Shown one piece after another: positions 1-13,500 of a stretch of 64,000 bases of DNA. A program made the translations under genes and the position numbers. The notes under the pieces were generated by a model, which searched no databases, was not told where the DNA came from, and was given only the letters and a program-made list of their open reading frames with translations. The stretch lies in the NCBI GenBank assembly GCA_002633005.1, contig NMRA01000012.1:1353173-1417172 (forward strand). The letters are read 5' to 3'. Source of the DNA: Phoronis australis (Eukaryota > Animalia > Phoronida). Each line of letters begins with the position of its first letter. The first letter of the stretch is position 1.

Positions 1-508
1 CTTGTTGAAGTCTTCTATCGAGTTTGAGTGACAAAGCTATGATCTATCTTATTTTACTATTGGTATTTTTTGATTAATATAAAATGTACGAAGTTGTAGT
101 TAAAACTGTACTGTTGTAGAAAAAAGCTTGAATGTTTTTTGTGGTATTATTACCTATGCAGTCTCACGCAGTCACCTTAGTAATATTTTATTAAATTCTC
201 TTTGATGTTATAGTGCAGAGACTAGGCATCACTGTAGTTCTTAGGGTGCATTTTTGTGGTGCATGACTTCAATTTTAGTTTGTTTTCATTGCAAAATAAA
301 AAGTTTGTTTTTTCCGCAAATAGAAGAAGTGGAGGTAGTTTACTATTCCTAAAATCTGTAGTAATTAATTTTCTTTGTTGATTTTAAATAATTAAAAATC
401 ATCATTACTATTTAACTATTTGTTCTTCTTTTCTCATTTATGCTGTGTTATATTCTACCTGTTGTCTAATTGTATCAATTTGATAATGGAATTGGGTCCT
501 TGGCTTAA

Positions 509-620
509 TAGTTATTGTTACTACGCTTTGTAGTTATTGTTACTACGCTTTGTAGTTATTGTTACTATGCTTTGTAGTTATTGTTACTATGCTTTGTAGT
601 TATTGTTACTATGCTTTGTA
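509..620. repeat. 22-bp minisatellite (TAGTTATTGTTACTAYGCTTTG) x5
   Basis: Five consecutive near-perfect units read directly from the sequence. Confidence 0.95.
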
Positions 621-3600
621 CTTTTGACTGCCAAACAAGATTCTCCATTGCCCTCTTTTAATTTACATAGGCTAGAAGCTGGATTGTCTGGCCAGATACT
701 TCTTATTTTTCTATGCTGTCTGAGACTAATGACGCCAAAACTGCAGTGCACATTATATTAAAACCTGAAGACAAACGTAGTTGTGTTGACCTTACATTAT
801 GTATTTCCCGCTTTCTTTGTTCGATAATCATTTGGAGCCGTGCCATTTGTAGAAAATGGCGCGCTTGAGGTGCCTATTGGCGTTTTGGCACATTCTGTGG
901 TCAGTTATATCTTGCATAGTTTTCGCCATCAGCTCGGCCTAATTGACCACAGATAGACTGAAAAAAATATCTGCTTCGTTTTAAACACATTCTAGTCACC
1001 TGACCCACAAATTGCTTCCTTCAGGGAGTTGTGAGCCAGGAGTTGTGAGCTAGCTCACAGTCTGTGGTTTTTGGCTCTGGCATTAGTCATGTGTGTGATT
1101 TTACAGATCTAAGCCGGCACTTATCCAATTTTTTCTCTGGTCGGTTTCCAAAGTTTCCTCTCTGTACCTAAGTCGGGGCGTGTCTCCTGTAATCGATTAG
1201 AGATCTTCAATGCGGACGCCTACTCGTATTTTCCTTTGTGACAGTAATTTAATAGTGGTTGATGTGAACGGAACTTGTTATTGAAAGTTATTTGCTGTTT
1301 GTTTTCACTACCATACGGATTCGAATTGAAGAATTTCAAACAAAACCTTCTGAAGTGTTGCTTCAAGCAATACTTTCTTATTTCTTTTTTATTTTAGATT
1401 TTATTCAGTGATTTCTTGGTTAAAGCAGCTATAATTCAAATCCGTACATGTGATGACGCACAGTTTATTTCACCCTTTTCTTTTAGGAAAATGAAAATCT
1501 TAGGAAAATGAACAGTAATAAATTAGAAACTATTTAAAACGGGTTCTGTCTACTTTTTGTCCATTGAGATTTTTGTAGGGTTAGTCAGTATTCAAGAAGC
1601 GCACACACACAGGCTGGTAGTGTAGGGTTAATTGAATAATTAAGCAATTAAATGATTAATTAATTGTCATGCGTGCTTGTATTTAGTTACATGGTCTGCA
1701 AACCTTATATAGTATTGGGATATTTTTTATTAAGATGATGTTGTGGTGGAAATTGTCTTAGAAGGTGCTCATTGACATTTTACAACTTAAGTGTTGGAAA
1801 ATAGAAGGATGCTATAGATACCTTTGTTTTGTCTCATTTCTGTTATTGCTCAAATGGTGGTGTTGTTCTCTTGTCAAGGGGGGCTTAATTACAATCGGAT
1901 TTATGAATAAGTAAATGAATATGCAATCACTTATTGTTGACACCTAGGTGGTACTCCTTGAATGCGAGTTGTCTGTCTTATTTTATTATCAAATGTGAGT
2001 TGTCTGTAATATTTTACATTTATTTTATTCATTTCAAGTGCGATACCTAACTCCGGTAAAATCTGGCTAATTTCGAACAAATTACAAATATTGTACTTTT
2101 TTCATTTCCCAAGGCTGTGAATATCCAGTTTCTCAAAATGTTGTCTAGTAGTATATGTGGTATAGAACTTAAAAATGATGAATTACAGATTTTGTGCTAC
2201 TTATTTCTATGAACAAATGAAAAAGTTAAATTTTCTTTAACTGGTGAAATTTTACTGCACTGGTTTGTTAAAAAGAGGTTGAGAAACAAGACTTGAAATT
2301 AAAATTAGAAATGAAATAATTGTGTTCTTTTTATATTTACAATTAATTTGGCAAATGTCTTGTAAGTTCAGATATTAATTTCATTATTATTGTTGATCTC
2401 TTCTAGTTACAACTTTGTTACAACATACCTTTAAATTATTTTTAAATATTTCCCCATGTGTTCTTTTATTCTGGTGAGCACTGCGCTTTCTAGTTTATTT
2501 GAAACCGCGTCTTTTGTTGCAGATGATAGATCAGGTTGTCGACATTAAGTACAAGCTTTTTTGTCACGTCCATTAGCTTGCCCTTATTTTTAATCTACTT
2601 AACAAAACCGAGATTTCTAGAATAACTTCTGAACATGTTTTTTCGTGTTAAACCAATCCCTTTAGTATTGAGGATCAGAGGGGTCGCGTGTTAGGTGTCA
2701 ATTTCAGTCTGATAGATAAAGAACAGCTCTCTGTTGAAAAGGTAATTTGGCCACCATAATCTTTTTATACAGTTCTTTGTATTTCTCTTTTTTAAAATTT
2801 ATTGTAATTCAAAATGGTTTAGATTTTTTTGGCAAATCCTAGTAAATGTAGGTTGCACAATGTCAAGTTATATGTGTTGCAAACGTACTCTACATAGCTA
2901 AAGTACAAAAATGTTATAGAATAAAAAAGAATTTTTCATGACAATGATTAAAATTTTTTTCCAACTACTGAGTGTGTATAACTTGATTTGTTTTTTAACA
3001 TTTATGCTAAAAAATAATAACAATATATTCTAGGTGATACTAATCGTCTAAACTTGTTACGGTAAAGGCCTCATCTTTGGATATGAAATAATTATCATTA
3101 TTATTGGTAGTGTAAAATTTTGACCTTGGATACAAGTGAATTTGCATTCCAGTCCAGTGTGTTCCCAGAACACGTTCTTCAACTGTGATATGTTTCTCAT
3201 AATTCTACGCGGTCACAAGCTCACAGACGTGCCTACGGGTACACGCCATGCACCAGCTAATCACCATGAAGGCGCGCATTGCGTGGAATGTGGAACTAGC
3301 CTGAAGTTATAGTGTGTGAACTTTTGTCTCCTTGTGGCGTAGAACAATAACAACCCCTGTATTGATTGTCTGCTAAGGTAACGCGTTGTTTCTTATTGCC
3401 TCTAGAGGTTATTATCGTGCTGTTAATAACCCGCTTAGCTTATAATAAAAGTACACTCGCAAGAAACGATTTTTATTAAATCCTTAACTATGAGAAGTGG
3501 GTTAGTGCAAAAATTATTTTAGTCAAAAACCAACCGTATGTCGTTAATTTAATTATTTTAATCCAATTTTGAAGATTTTTCGCTTTTGAATGATTGCAAA

Positions 3601-6600
3601 CTTTGTTGAAGATTCCATGTCGAAAATGAGTTCTATACTGCTACTGAAATCAACTATTTCGAAGATTCACTCTAAGTTATAAAGTTGATTGCATTCTAAG
3701 AGTCAATCCTGTCAGTAACAAATCAAACTAGTTCTGGTGCAAAAAAACGAAAAAAAGAATTCAGTCATTCAATTACGTGTTGTCAATTCATTGCTGTAGT
3801 ATAATTTTTTGTGTTTGGAAGATTTAGTCTCAACATAATTTGGTGTCGTACTCACAATATCAACCCTGTTTCGAAAATTCAGTCTTTGAAAAAAATTTTT
3901 TGAGAACTAAAATGGCAACATCGGCAGTTGAATTTATCAAATAGTGTTGAATTAACTAAAATGGTCAATTTTAAAAATTTCTGCGCAGCTACCGATGCTC
4001 AACTGGAGTTTGTCTATAATACTTAGTCAACTTCAGTTTCAATTGTTTGTGACTGTAAGGTCTTTATCCCAAAGACGTTTACAGTCTCCGAGAACCAAAA
4101 ATGTCAAACCTAGTTTACTACAGCTAGTATTGCTGTTTACACCTGCTGGGGCAACAGCATGATAAGGATTAAGGTTAGCATCATTGTAAATTCCCTGTCA
4201 TTTGATACTTAAAGTTGTGGCTGAGCTGGCAGATCGTGTTTTCTAGAGGTATCGGTTTCTCTACGTGTTGGTGGTTCTGTTTCTCCCCGTTTTAAGGTTA
4301 CATAGTAGCCTAGAAAATTGTCCAAATTAGGCTAATTGTGGAATATAATATCTGGGAAAGGCTGATCAGATTCACATGAAACAGTCAGTTACTTTGCTTT
4401 GCGCACTATTCTCCAAAATGCTTTTAGCAATTGTTTTTTAAATTTCCACTTGTGCATGAGGGACTATCAAAAAATAGGACTGATGATTTTGTTGAAAATT
4501 AAGTTGCACATTACGCAAGCAAAATGATATTTTAGAAAGCTATGACAGCATCGAATTCTGCTGACTTTCTGCTTTCAGTAAATATCTATTTTTACTAGGT
4601 TTGCAGTTATTTGAATAAATGCGCATATTTGCCAGTAAGGTCCTACATATAATTTTAACCTGAATTTGACTTGTCCTCAGGCGAAACCGTGTTCGTCTGG
4701 TTCTCTCGTTACAATGAGGGTTACATGAAATTGTCGAGGAGTTCAGTAAAAACCAGCTGGTTTGTGTTTAACGTCATGCCTATAGTGGCAAAAGTCCTTC
4801 ATAATCTCGTGACTGATTTGAGCTGGTAAGGGCTGATGTTAATTCATGCTGGTAAGCATTCGGCCATGAAGAGATTACTATTACATGGGCACTGTAGTGG
4901 TTATTAAGTCACCTGACTCTTACACAGTGGTGGCGATGCCCACTTTTTGTGTTCAAATATTATGGTACTGGAGTGTCTGTATTTTCACGTCTTAGTATTG
5001 ATCAAAGATGAATGTTTGCCATATTTATTATAAGAAGAATGATGTTAGTAATTAGAGTATTTAATACTTTTTACTTCTATTTTTTAAATGAGTATCGGTG
5101 TAAAACTTACATGAGATTATACATCTTGTGATTTCAAATATTTGAAAAATTTGTGGAAATAAAAAATCTCAAAGTTTCAACATGTTATTGCCACACAGTG
5201 CAAACGTATAGGTAAACATCATTAATTAATTTATTTATTTATTCCCACTTCCATCATTTTGCACTCATTTTGTATAGTAAAACCTCGTCACGCAAGTTTC
5301 AGACTAAAAAATGGAACTGCCCGTTTTCATTGTTCAAAAGCTTCTAACATTGTTGTGATCACCCTCAACTTTTCATAACATTGTCTGATTGTAGTTGTGA
5401 GGCAGAACTCAAAAGGTGACTACTTAGGTGTAGTTGGTAAACGAACTCTTGAACAAGGTTGGAAGTCTGCACAGTGAAAGTGTAGAATTAAGTCATCCAT
5501 ATCACACTTGCACATCAATTATTAACTTGCGCAGGTCGAATTTGTGTTGGCGTAGTAATAATACGTCAGATATAGCTGCTTGCAAATCAATCTCTTCAAA
5601 AGAACTCGTTCACTCGAAAATTCCACTTTTTACTTTTCACTTGTCAATCCACCATTTTCATTTTTTACCTAACTGTATGGTCATGAACTAAAGCATTCAC
5701 TGCGCACATTGGTTAGCATTTGAGACACTTGATGACGTCATTAAGTCAAAAACTGAGAGTAGAAGATGGCATATGATATGATTTGTTATTGTTAGAGGAA
5801 GGTAAAAAAGGCGAAATATAACCTGTAAGACCGTTTATGGTTTTCTAAACATGTCAAAGAATTTAATTTAGTTAGTACTACCACATTGACCAAGAATTTT
5901 CCTCCCGTACTTTTGTTTTATATCCATTTAGCCAAGTGGTGAAAAGCCCTCCTAGGGACCTTCAGCTATGTTTAAGAGCCCAGTGTTGGCTATAGTTTGG
6001 TGCTACTTACTAAATTTTGTTTTCCATAGTGTGTCCTAATAGTCATTTTCCAACATAGCGGCGACATGACATCAAGCCCTCAAATTGCCGTTGTTTGCGA
6101 TAGGATATTGAAACGATTCACCCAAAAATTGTCTCAAAATGTCCATGAATGATAGAAATTGCATTCATCCTTGTCAATTCGGGGGCCCCTCTTGTACACA
6201 GTAAGTAGAAATAGGTCAAGCGAAAAACGCATTTGTGCTATCGCAATGTTAAAGAATTGTATGTAGAATGTTTCATAGTGGTAAGATTGTACTGTACTTG
6301 TAGTTGTCTTGACTCTACCCTTCTCTGTTTTGTGCAGCACCAACAGTTCCAGATGGCATTTACCACAGAGATGGGCTTTATTGATGCTTTTGTGGTTGAC
6401 AAATTTCAATTGTGTGGTTTTCACTAATGTCAATTATTTGAAATCAATAGGAATATTTAATCCAGGTACATAATTGCTTTGTTCTGCCATGGTATCATCT
6501 CTTTGTTGCTAATAAATTTATTACTACCAAACCACAACTCTGTGGGATCAAGCCTTGTGGTTTAGTCACGTAATCTTTACTCTTTTGTCTTTTGCCAAAT

Positions 6601-7254
6601 ACCATCAAACGATGATCACGTTTTATTGCATCTGAGGAAATGGATAATTTCACAAGTGAGAGTACTCCATACATATTTCATTTTCTGGCTGAATTTGTGG
6701 TTTTGATACTCTGTGAAATGTGCAAAAATCATCAAATAAGATTTAATTGGTTTAGTATTACAGCACTACAATATTATTTAATTAATCATATTGTGTAATT
6801 TGTTCATTGATTGTTTGTCTTGTGAGGATGATATGCATTAATTTTAGATTATTTCCATACAACAGAAATGAGCATTATTCATAGAGTGATTTTAATAATT
6901 AAGAAACTGAAACATTTTAATTTAATTAAACACGTGCCACAATCTTGGAATAGTCTTTGTTCAAAAAATAAATTCAAATACAAGTATTAATGTCATGTAA
7001 ATCTTTGCGGAATGTGTGAAAGTGTTAAACCTTTAGCAATGTTGATTTGATGAGTTAGCTTTTGTTATATTTTGCACAAAAATAATAAACAAAACTGTTT
7101 TTCCATTTTGTAAAGAATGCTACAAATACTCAAAATGATGCCATGTATTTTAAGGTGATAGCTACTCTGTACAATCTTACATGAAACTGAAGCTTAAGGT
7201 TATTTGGTACCATCCTTTTGAAGAATGAAATTTCTGAAATAACTTTTTAATTAT

Positions 7255-7656
7255 TAAGTAATGCCCAGCTGTTTCTAATCATGTGACTATGTTTGTTTTC
7301 AAAAAGTCTTGCTTTTTCACGGACATTTCGCTATTTCCACAAACAAGATTGTTTCACAAGGAACTTGCAAATTCTGTTTCTTTATTCTAGTAAAGCATTA
7401 GTGTGATTTTCTTTGAAGGTCTTTTATCCCAGACTGCTGCCGTCAAAGTTTAAGACTTGAATATTCCTTGAAAAAAATGCCTGTCTTGATTTTTGACAGC
7501 CAAACTCTGGGGCTATAAAGACCTTAAAGAAAATGCCAGGCACTCTTTTATAAAGAATTTGCGTGGATTGTGCAAAAAATTAAGTGATCTCCGTGAAAAA
7601 TCAGGATTTATGAGGAAAACATAACCATGCGATTACGAACATTGGTTGTTGCTTAG
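7255..7656. mobile_element. Degenerate foldback / MITE-like palindromic element centred near 7470
   Basis: The left arm (tttttcacgga...ttttctttgaaggtcttttatcccaga...gtcaaagtttaagac) pairs with the reverse complement of the right arm (gtcttgatttttgac...tctggggctataaagaccttaaagaaaat...tccgtgaaaaa). No TSD identified. Confidence 0.6.
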
Positions 7657-9500
7657 TTGAAATTCTGTGACCATCAAGAATTTTAAAAATATGTAGTTTT
7701 GCAGGTCTACTGTTAACATTTAAAATGTTTTTTTAAGAAATTGGATCCTTGGCTTTACTTTTGTTGTTTTTGTTGGTTTTAGGGATATGTTCAATGGCCT
7801 ATTTAGAGCAGCACAAAAAGCTTGATATCTTGGCATTGTTCCATTGTTTAAAGCCCACAGGACTTTAATTAAGTGTATTCACATTGTTGCCAGTTTACAA
7901 TTTTTAATAATTTTTTGGATGTAGCTAGAACTTTGGATCTGCTCGTCAATTTTTTGCTGTTCTTCATAGTTTTAGTTAGAAATTCAGGCACCCAAAAGTC
8001 TTGTCGTTTTCACTCGCGCTTTTGTTGTCAGACCGCTGATAGTTTACAAGAATGCTGTTGTTATCAACATGTTAAGGTGTTTATTTCGGAGAGTTCGCGT
8101 ATTTTTAACATTAATTGGTTTTCACATTCTCACTTTAAAACCACTAATGGTTGATGAGAAATATAACTGCTGGCAAAAACGACTCCTTTGCGGAAAGCAC
8201 GTCTGTCTGGCAAAAACGCATGCCAGCATTTTCGCCTCTGATGTGAACCAAGTATTAAGCCTGTTTGTGTGGGATTCACCATAACTTCTGGTAAGGTGAT
8301 TAATCCGCTGACTCAAACCTGGTTGTTACTGCAAACTGATTTGTAGGTGTTACCCTCAACTTACCTTTTTGGTTTGTTCCCAAGTTACGAGTCTTCTTTC
8401 TTTTCTGTTCAGGTTCTGAACATCCCTGTATTTTTTAAAGTAATGCATCTTATAATTGAACACAACTAGGAAGTCGCGGTGGGCATGATATCTAATGGTC
8501 TGTTGATGTTTCAACTGCTTCATATAGTTTTTGATTATAGAATGTGGATTTTTTCCAATTTAGAAAGTTGCAATTATTTTGGATAAAATGCTTTATTAGG
8601 GTATCAGCGAGAAAAAGTCATTTTCTGAGATCAGCCTGCAACCCTGCTGGCGAAACTAAACTCCACTTGATAAGTGGCAAGAGTCTATTTAACTGGTCAA
8701 TGACCTCAATTTCAGGGAATATTTGGCAGACAACTGGGATAATTGTGGCAATATTGAGAAATTAAAAAACAACAGATTTCATTGTTTTATAGCTCTGGTC
8801 AAAGCTAATAATTTCAAGAAATCTATCCCATCAAACAAAAAAGGCATTAATAATGTCCCTTTAAGTGTCTTACAGTAACTATTTTTTGTCTTTTTTATGA
8901 ATTTTTCTCCACCAGTGTTATGTGGATAATAGTCTACTTGGGACTGTTACAAAATAAACATTTTACCTGTAAGTACTAAGGACATTATGTATTTACAGAA
9001 TTTACCGGTACGATTGTATGCACTGTGTAACTTATGTTAGGATTAGTATTTATTTACATATTTTTGTGAGTATTCAAGCTTTCATTAAATATTGATGATT
9101 TTATATCTTTTGTAAACTACAAGAACCAAACATAGGTGTTGCTGTTGCTGTAACTGTGGTAACTGTTTGCAGTCTTGTTTTACTTTGGAATGATTTAGCG
9201 CATTTTCAACTTTGGGCAGTATTACCCATTGTAAAATAATTTAAATTGTATTTTCAGGATCACTAGTGTTTTTGAATTAAAAGTTCAGTGGTGTTTTCAA
9301 TCTTTTTGCCTTTGTATTTTCTGATTTGATATATTACATCTTTAACATGAACACAGATGAATATTACCTAACATACGGCTGGTGGTGTTGTTGTTTTTGG
9401 TTGTGATTTTGTCTTAAAGGGATGATGACTATTTCATATGTGAAAGAAAATTGATTAGTACATGTTCGACAGAATCCAGTGTTGAGTGCCAAGTCAGTTT

Positions 9501-9568
9501 GTGTGTGTGTGAGTGTGTGTGTGTGTGTGTGTGCGTGCGTGCGTGTGTTTTGTGTGTTTTGTGTGCGT
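9501..9568. repeat. Imperfect (TG)n microsatellite
   Basis: Direct reading. Confidence 0.9.
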
Positions 9569-10515
9569 GGTGGAACTTTTTCTGTTGCACCATCCTATGA
9601 TCCAAAGACATGAACGAATAGGCGTATCAGGTAGGGGGGCAATTGGTCCTCCAAATTCAAGCAAAAAGTGCAGGCAAGTTAGGAAATGATTTTGGCAAAT
9701 TAAATTGCATTTCGCCACTGTTCAGCTGTCAATGTCAAATTCTTAACTGAAGTGCTTTTGAGTTTAAAAACAATGCTAATTTTAAGGTTTGCCAACGCCA
9801 ATAAACTCTGAATAATTTTCTCGAGTCGCTGATGATAACGAAGCTGTTGTTGGTATCAAAAGAGAATATTAGGAGACCAATTTTATAAGAGTAAAAGACC
9901 TAACTCGACTTCAATTTTTCATTAGCTAAACAAGGCAAAATGCAGCTTTATGAAAGTAATTGGACAAAACAATCACTCGGCCGAAGACCAGGATCCAAAT
10001 ACGCTTTTGCATGTATGGTAATCCTTCAGTCATTTTGCAGGAACGTAACTTTCTACAATTGCCATTATTTGGTTTTATGAAGGCCAACTTGGTTGTGGAA
10101 AGTAATCCGAATTGATCAAGTGTTGTTCCTTGGCTGTTGTGCAGTGTATATGATGCTAATAACGAACTAGTGTTTTTTACTAAATAAAATTCTACTTTTT
10201 TGCTATGTGATCTGTTCAATAGATGAATAATTGGCGTGGTCTTGGATGGGTGACAATAGTGGACGTTGGAGAGAGATGAATTCATCTTCATTGAGCTTTC
10301 ACTTGCGATGCTTTGTCGAGTTGCACCTTTCCTGGGAATTGAATGTTTAAACAAACCTTTTCTGGAATTAACTTATGTATTTTGAAAGTATCATAGATAT
10401 CAAGCAGTGTATTTAGATATTGTGTTTCACTTATGCATTTTAGTAACTGTAACAATGTACTGATTTTCTTTTTGTAGGATTGGCTGATAACCAGTCTCTG
10501 CTATGCGGGGAGTCC

Positions 10516-13500
10516 ATGCTGAAAGCGAGTCCCCCTGGTGACCAAAGTGCAAAAGTTGACAGTATCTTATGGAAGTCGATAGACTCTGACAATAACAATC
10601 TGCCACCTGTTGGAAAGCATGTGAACAGTGCCCCGCCAAGTGATGAGGGCAAACGAATGAATTCTGGCGGCCATGATAGAATGACCGGTCCGGGAACCAC
10701 TACATCCAATGATAGTTGGTTAATCCAAGTCACGTCGCAACAGGCACGCGGACACAGCCTCCGCTCAGAACACGATGTTCAGCACGCCATGCTACCCTTG
10801 CCAGCCAGCGCGGGGGTGCAGTCAGGTGTATTCCGACCCCCGCTCACGGTGGGTGAACGGCCCCACCTGCTCTACTCAGGACAGTACCCTCAGTACACGA
10901 CAGGAAGTTCTCTGCAACGATACTCTCCGACACTCTACTCCCAACAAGGCACTCTCAGCTCTTTGCATCCGCCGTACTACTATCCGGCCAGCTACAGCGC
11001 CCCCTACCAGGGACGTCCGTTGTTGCCGCATGACTACCCCTCGTACTCGGCCGTCCTAGCCAGTATGGGCAGCCATGTTCAGTCTCAGCTACCTCGTTCC
11101 CCGTTTCCATTGCCAGCTGCGATACCTCATCAGTTTCCACACCCGAGTGCCACTGCCAGTGTAGGCACAGGGCGAACGGGTAGCCAGAGCAACCCCAGCA
11201 CGCACGCGTTGCTGAGTGATCCTCATAGACAGACACTTCGATCTCATCCTATGTCACGTGATAACAAAGACATAGAGAGTAGAACTTTACTGCAACCACC
11301 ACAGCGCCGACCGTTGTCACCCCATGGTGGCGCCGAGCGGAAACTCGTGTCCTCGCCGCATGAGCGAAGGGCAGAGCACAGACGATCTCCAGACATACGA
11401 GAGAAGAGACTCTCATCTAGTTCAACACAGGAAGGCACGCTGAGACAGAGACTCAGTGCCAGACCCTCAGATATAGGTGTAGAAAGTGCACAGTTGGGCG
11501 ACAGTTCGCGCAGACGACACAGCGAACGCTCGCCAAAACGTTTACGTCAGTCTTTGGGGCATCCGCCCCCATTACAACAGTCATCAAGCACGGCACCACC
11601 CGTCACCCCNATTTCCCGCCCCACTTCAACAAAGGCTCAATTATCCAACTTGCTAATGGTGAACTGAAGCGTGTCGAGGAACTGCGGACTGAGGACTTTG
11701 TGGACAGTGCCGATCACAGTAGTGACTTGAAAATAGACTCCAGTACAGTGGTGCGGATCGATCAACAGCCAGAGAAGGGCACAGTCATATTGGGCTTCTC
11801 TGTTGGCGAGCATCGCGTGCAGGTAATTGAGGTGGTAGAATGAATCTAATCAAAACTACCATTCTTGTCCTGAATGATGCCCGTTACATTAGTCAGGAGG
11901 CATGGTACATAGTGTTAGGGCCACTGCAGACTGAGAGCCATGAGCTCAGCCACCTGCCTTCAGTGAATGATTGTTGAGCTGACAGATCACGTCAAGGTGT
12001 GAACTGGGAGCTAATTCATTCAATTGTTGTTTTATTTTCATGCCTTGACCAGAGCTGTTTGCTCAGCTATGATTCACTTGAGACAGACAGATGAGCTGGT
12101 AAGTTTTCAGTCTGTGGTGGCCCTTTATGTATAAGTACATATCTACCATACGTGACCTCAGTGACGGCCATAATCTTTGTGAGGTGGCACATTTGTCGAT
12201 GCATAAATTCAGAACTACTGTACATTTTGTATTAGTGGCTATGACAGTTTTTTTGAAGTGTTTGGGGTGCAGTTCTCACAAACAGCTGAATCGTACCAAT
12301 GCACTAAGAAATATATTTTTTGTCAATCGCCTTGCATGCAGTATCAGAAAAAAAACATCTCACTAATTTCGGACAAAAAAATCGCCAAAATTGTGCTTTT
12401 TTCATTTTCAGGGGCTTCCAACATTGTTGCGGATGCCCACAATTTCAAACTATTGTTTGATAATAGCTGTAATGCCAAACAAGTATTAAGTTGGTGCAAC
12501 TATCTTTTATAGGAAAAATGAGATTTCACGTGTCAGCCATATTGTTTCGGCTGTGTTGTGTCCTAAATTGATGAGATTTTCCTGTAATGTACTGTTTTTA
12601 AGTGACAGATGAGTATATTAAGTGTGTTTTGGGAGTTGGAATTATTGCTAGTGGCATTTAAAGGTTTAAAAAGTCATGAAATTATTGGGAGTTGGGGGTG
12701 GATTTTCAGTGATTATGGTCATTAACCACTACAACTTCTGTAAATAGATGTAATATATCAGAAATTGATAAACAACTTTGTTATTGGCAGTCCAGCAACT
12801 GTGGCGATGTTAGTGTTTCTTTTAAAATTTGACATGTTTTAATTTTCTTCTTTTTATTTGTCTATTTATTTGTTTATTATTTACTTATTTAGTAATTTCA
12901 TCTCTATTAATTTATTGAATCTTTAACCGATGTTGTTATTGGTGCCGAAACATCTCGTATTTTGCAAACAATGGTACACTTGTTTAATCAATGAGGGCAT
13001 TAGTGCTGCAACTAAATTGATCTGCTTGACTAATCCTGTTAATCACATTCACCAAGCTAAAAAAGTACACAATCGTATTCAAGGTTGGCCATTATTATTC
13101 AAGCTTGGACAATATTATGCACGCTTGGGCAATATAACTGAGGTTGGCCAATATTATTCAAGCTTTTTGGGTCTACTTTATTAAAGACTTAATACTAAGC
13201 TTGCAAAACCTTGCTGGAAATATGTTTACGTTACATAGGACTGTATCGAGAAGTCTTTGTATTTAACCAAATCTAAAAAACTATAAATTTTAACTCATTA
13301 AAAGTATATATTTTCTGAAAGTAGAAAGTCTGTAGAATTTCGTTTTCAGCTTTTTACTAATCTGTTATTTCTTGGGTAACATGCCCATATTTTTTTATTT
13401 TTAAGTACAATTTAAGAAAAAATGAAAGGGACATTGACAGCTAAACAACAGTATCTTTTGTTTTCGATGAGGTCTCAAAAATGCTGTTGTTTCATAAAAT

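Noticed and set aside
1-10477. Upstream ataxin-1 exons (candidate AG/GT pairs at 2523-2741, ~3153-3378, donor near 8291)
   Set aside because: Splice-like signals exist, but there is no recognisable coding content or way to validate them from sequence alone.
10775-11059. Overlapping ORF as an equivalent of human Alt-ATXN1
   Set aside because: No similarity recognised; an off-frame ORF of 94 codons is unremarkable in GC-richer coding DNA.
10480-11667. 395-aa ORF as a complete protein, or ataxin-1 as a pseudogene
   Set aside because: The frame break sits exactly on an N placeholder; the AXH domain, splice sites and C-terminal motif are intact.
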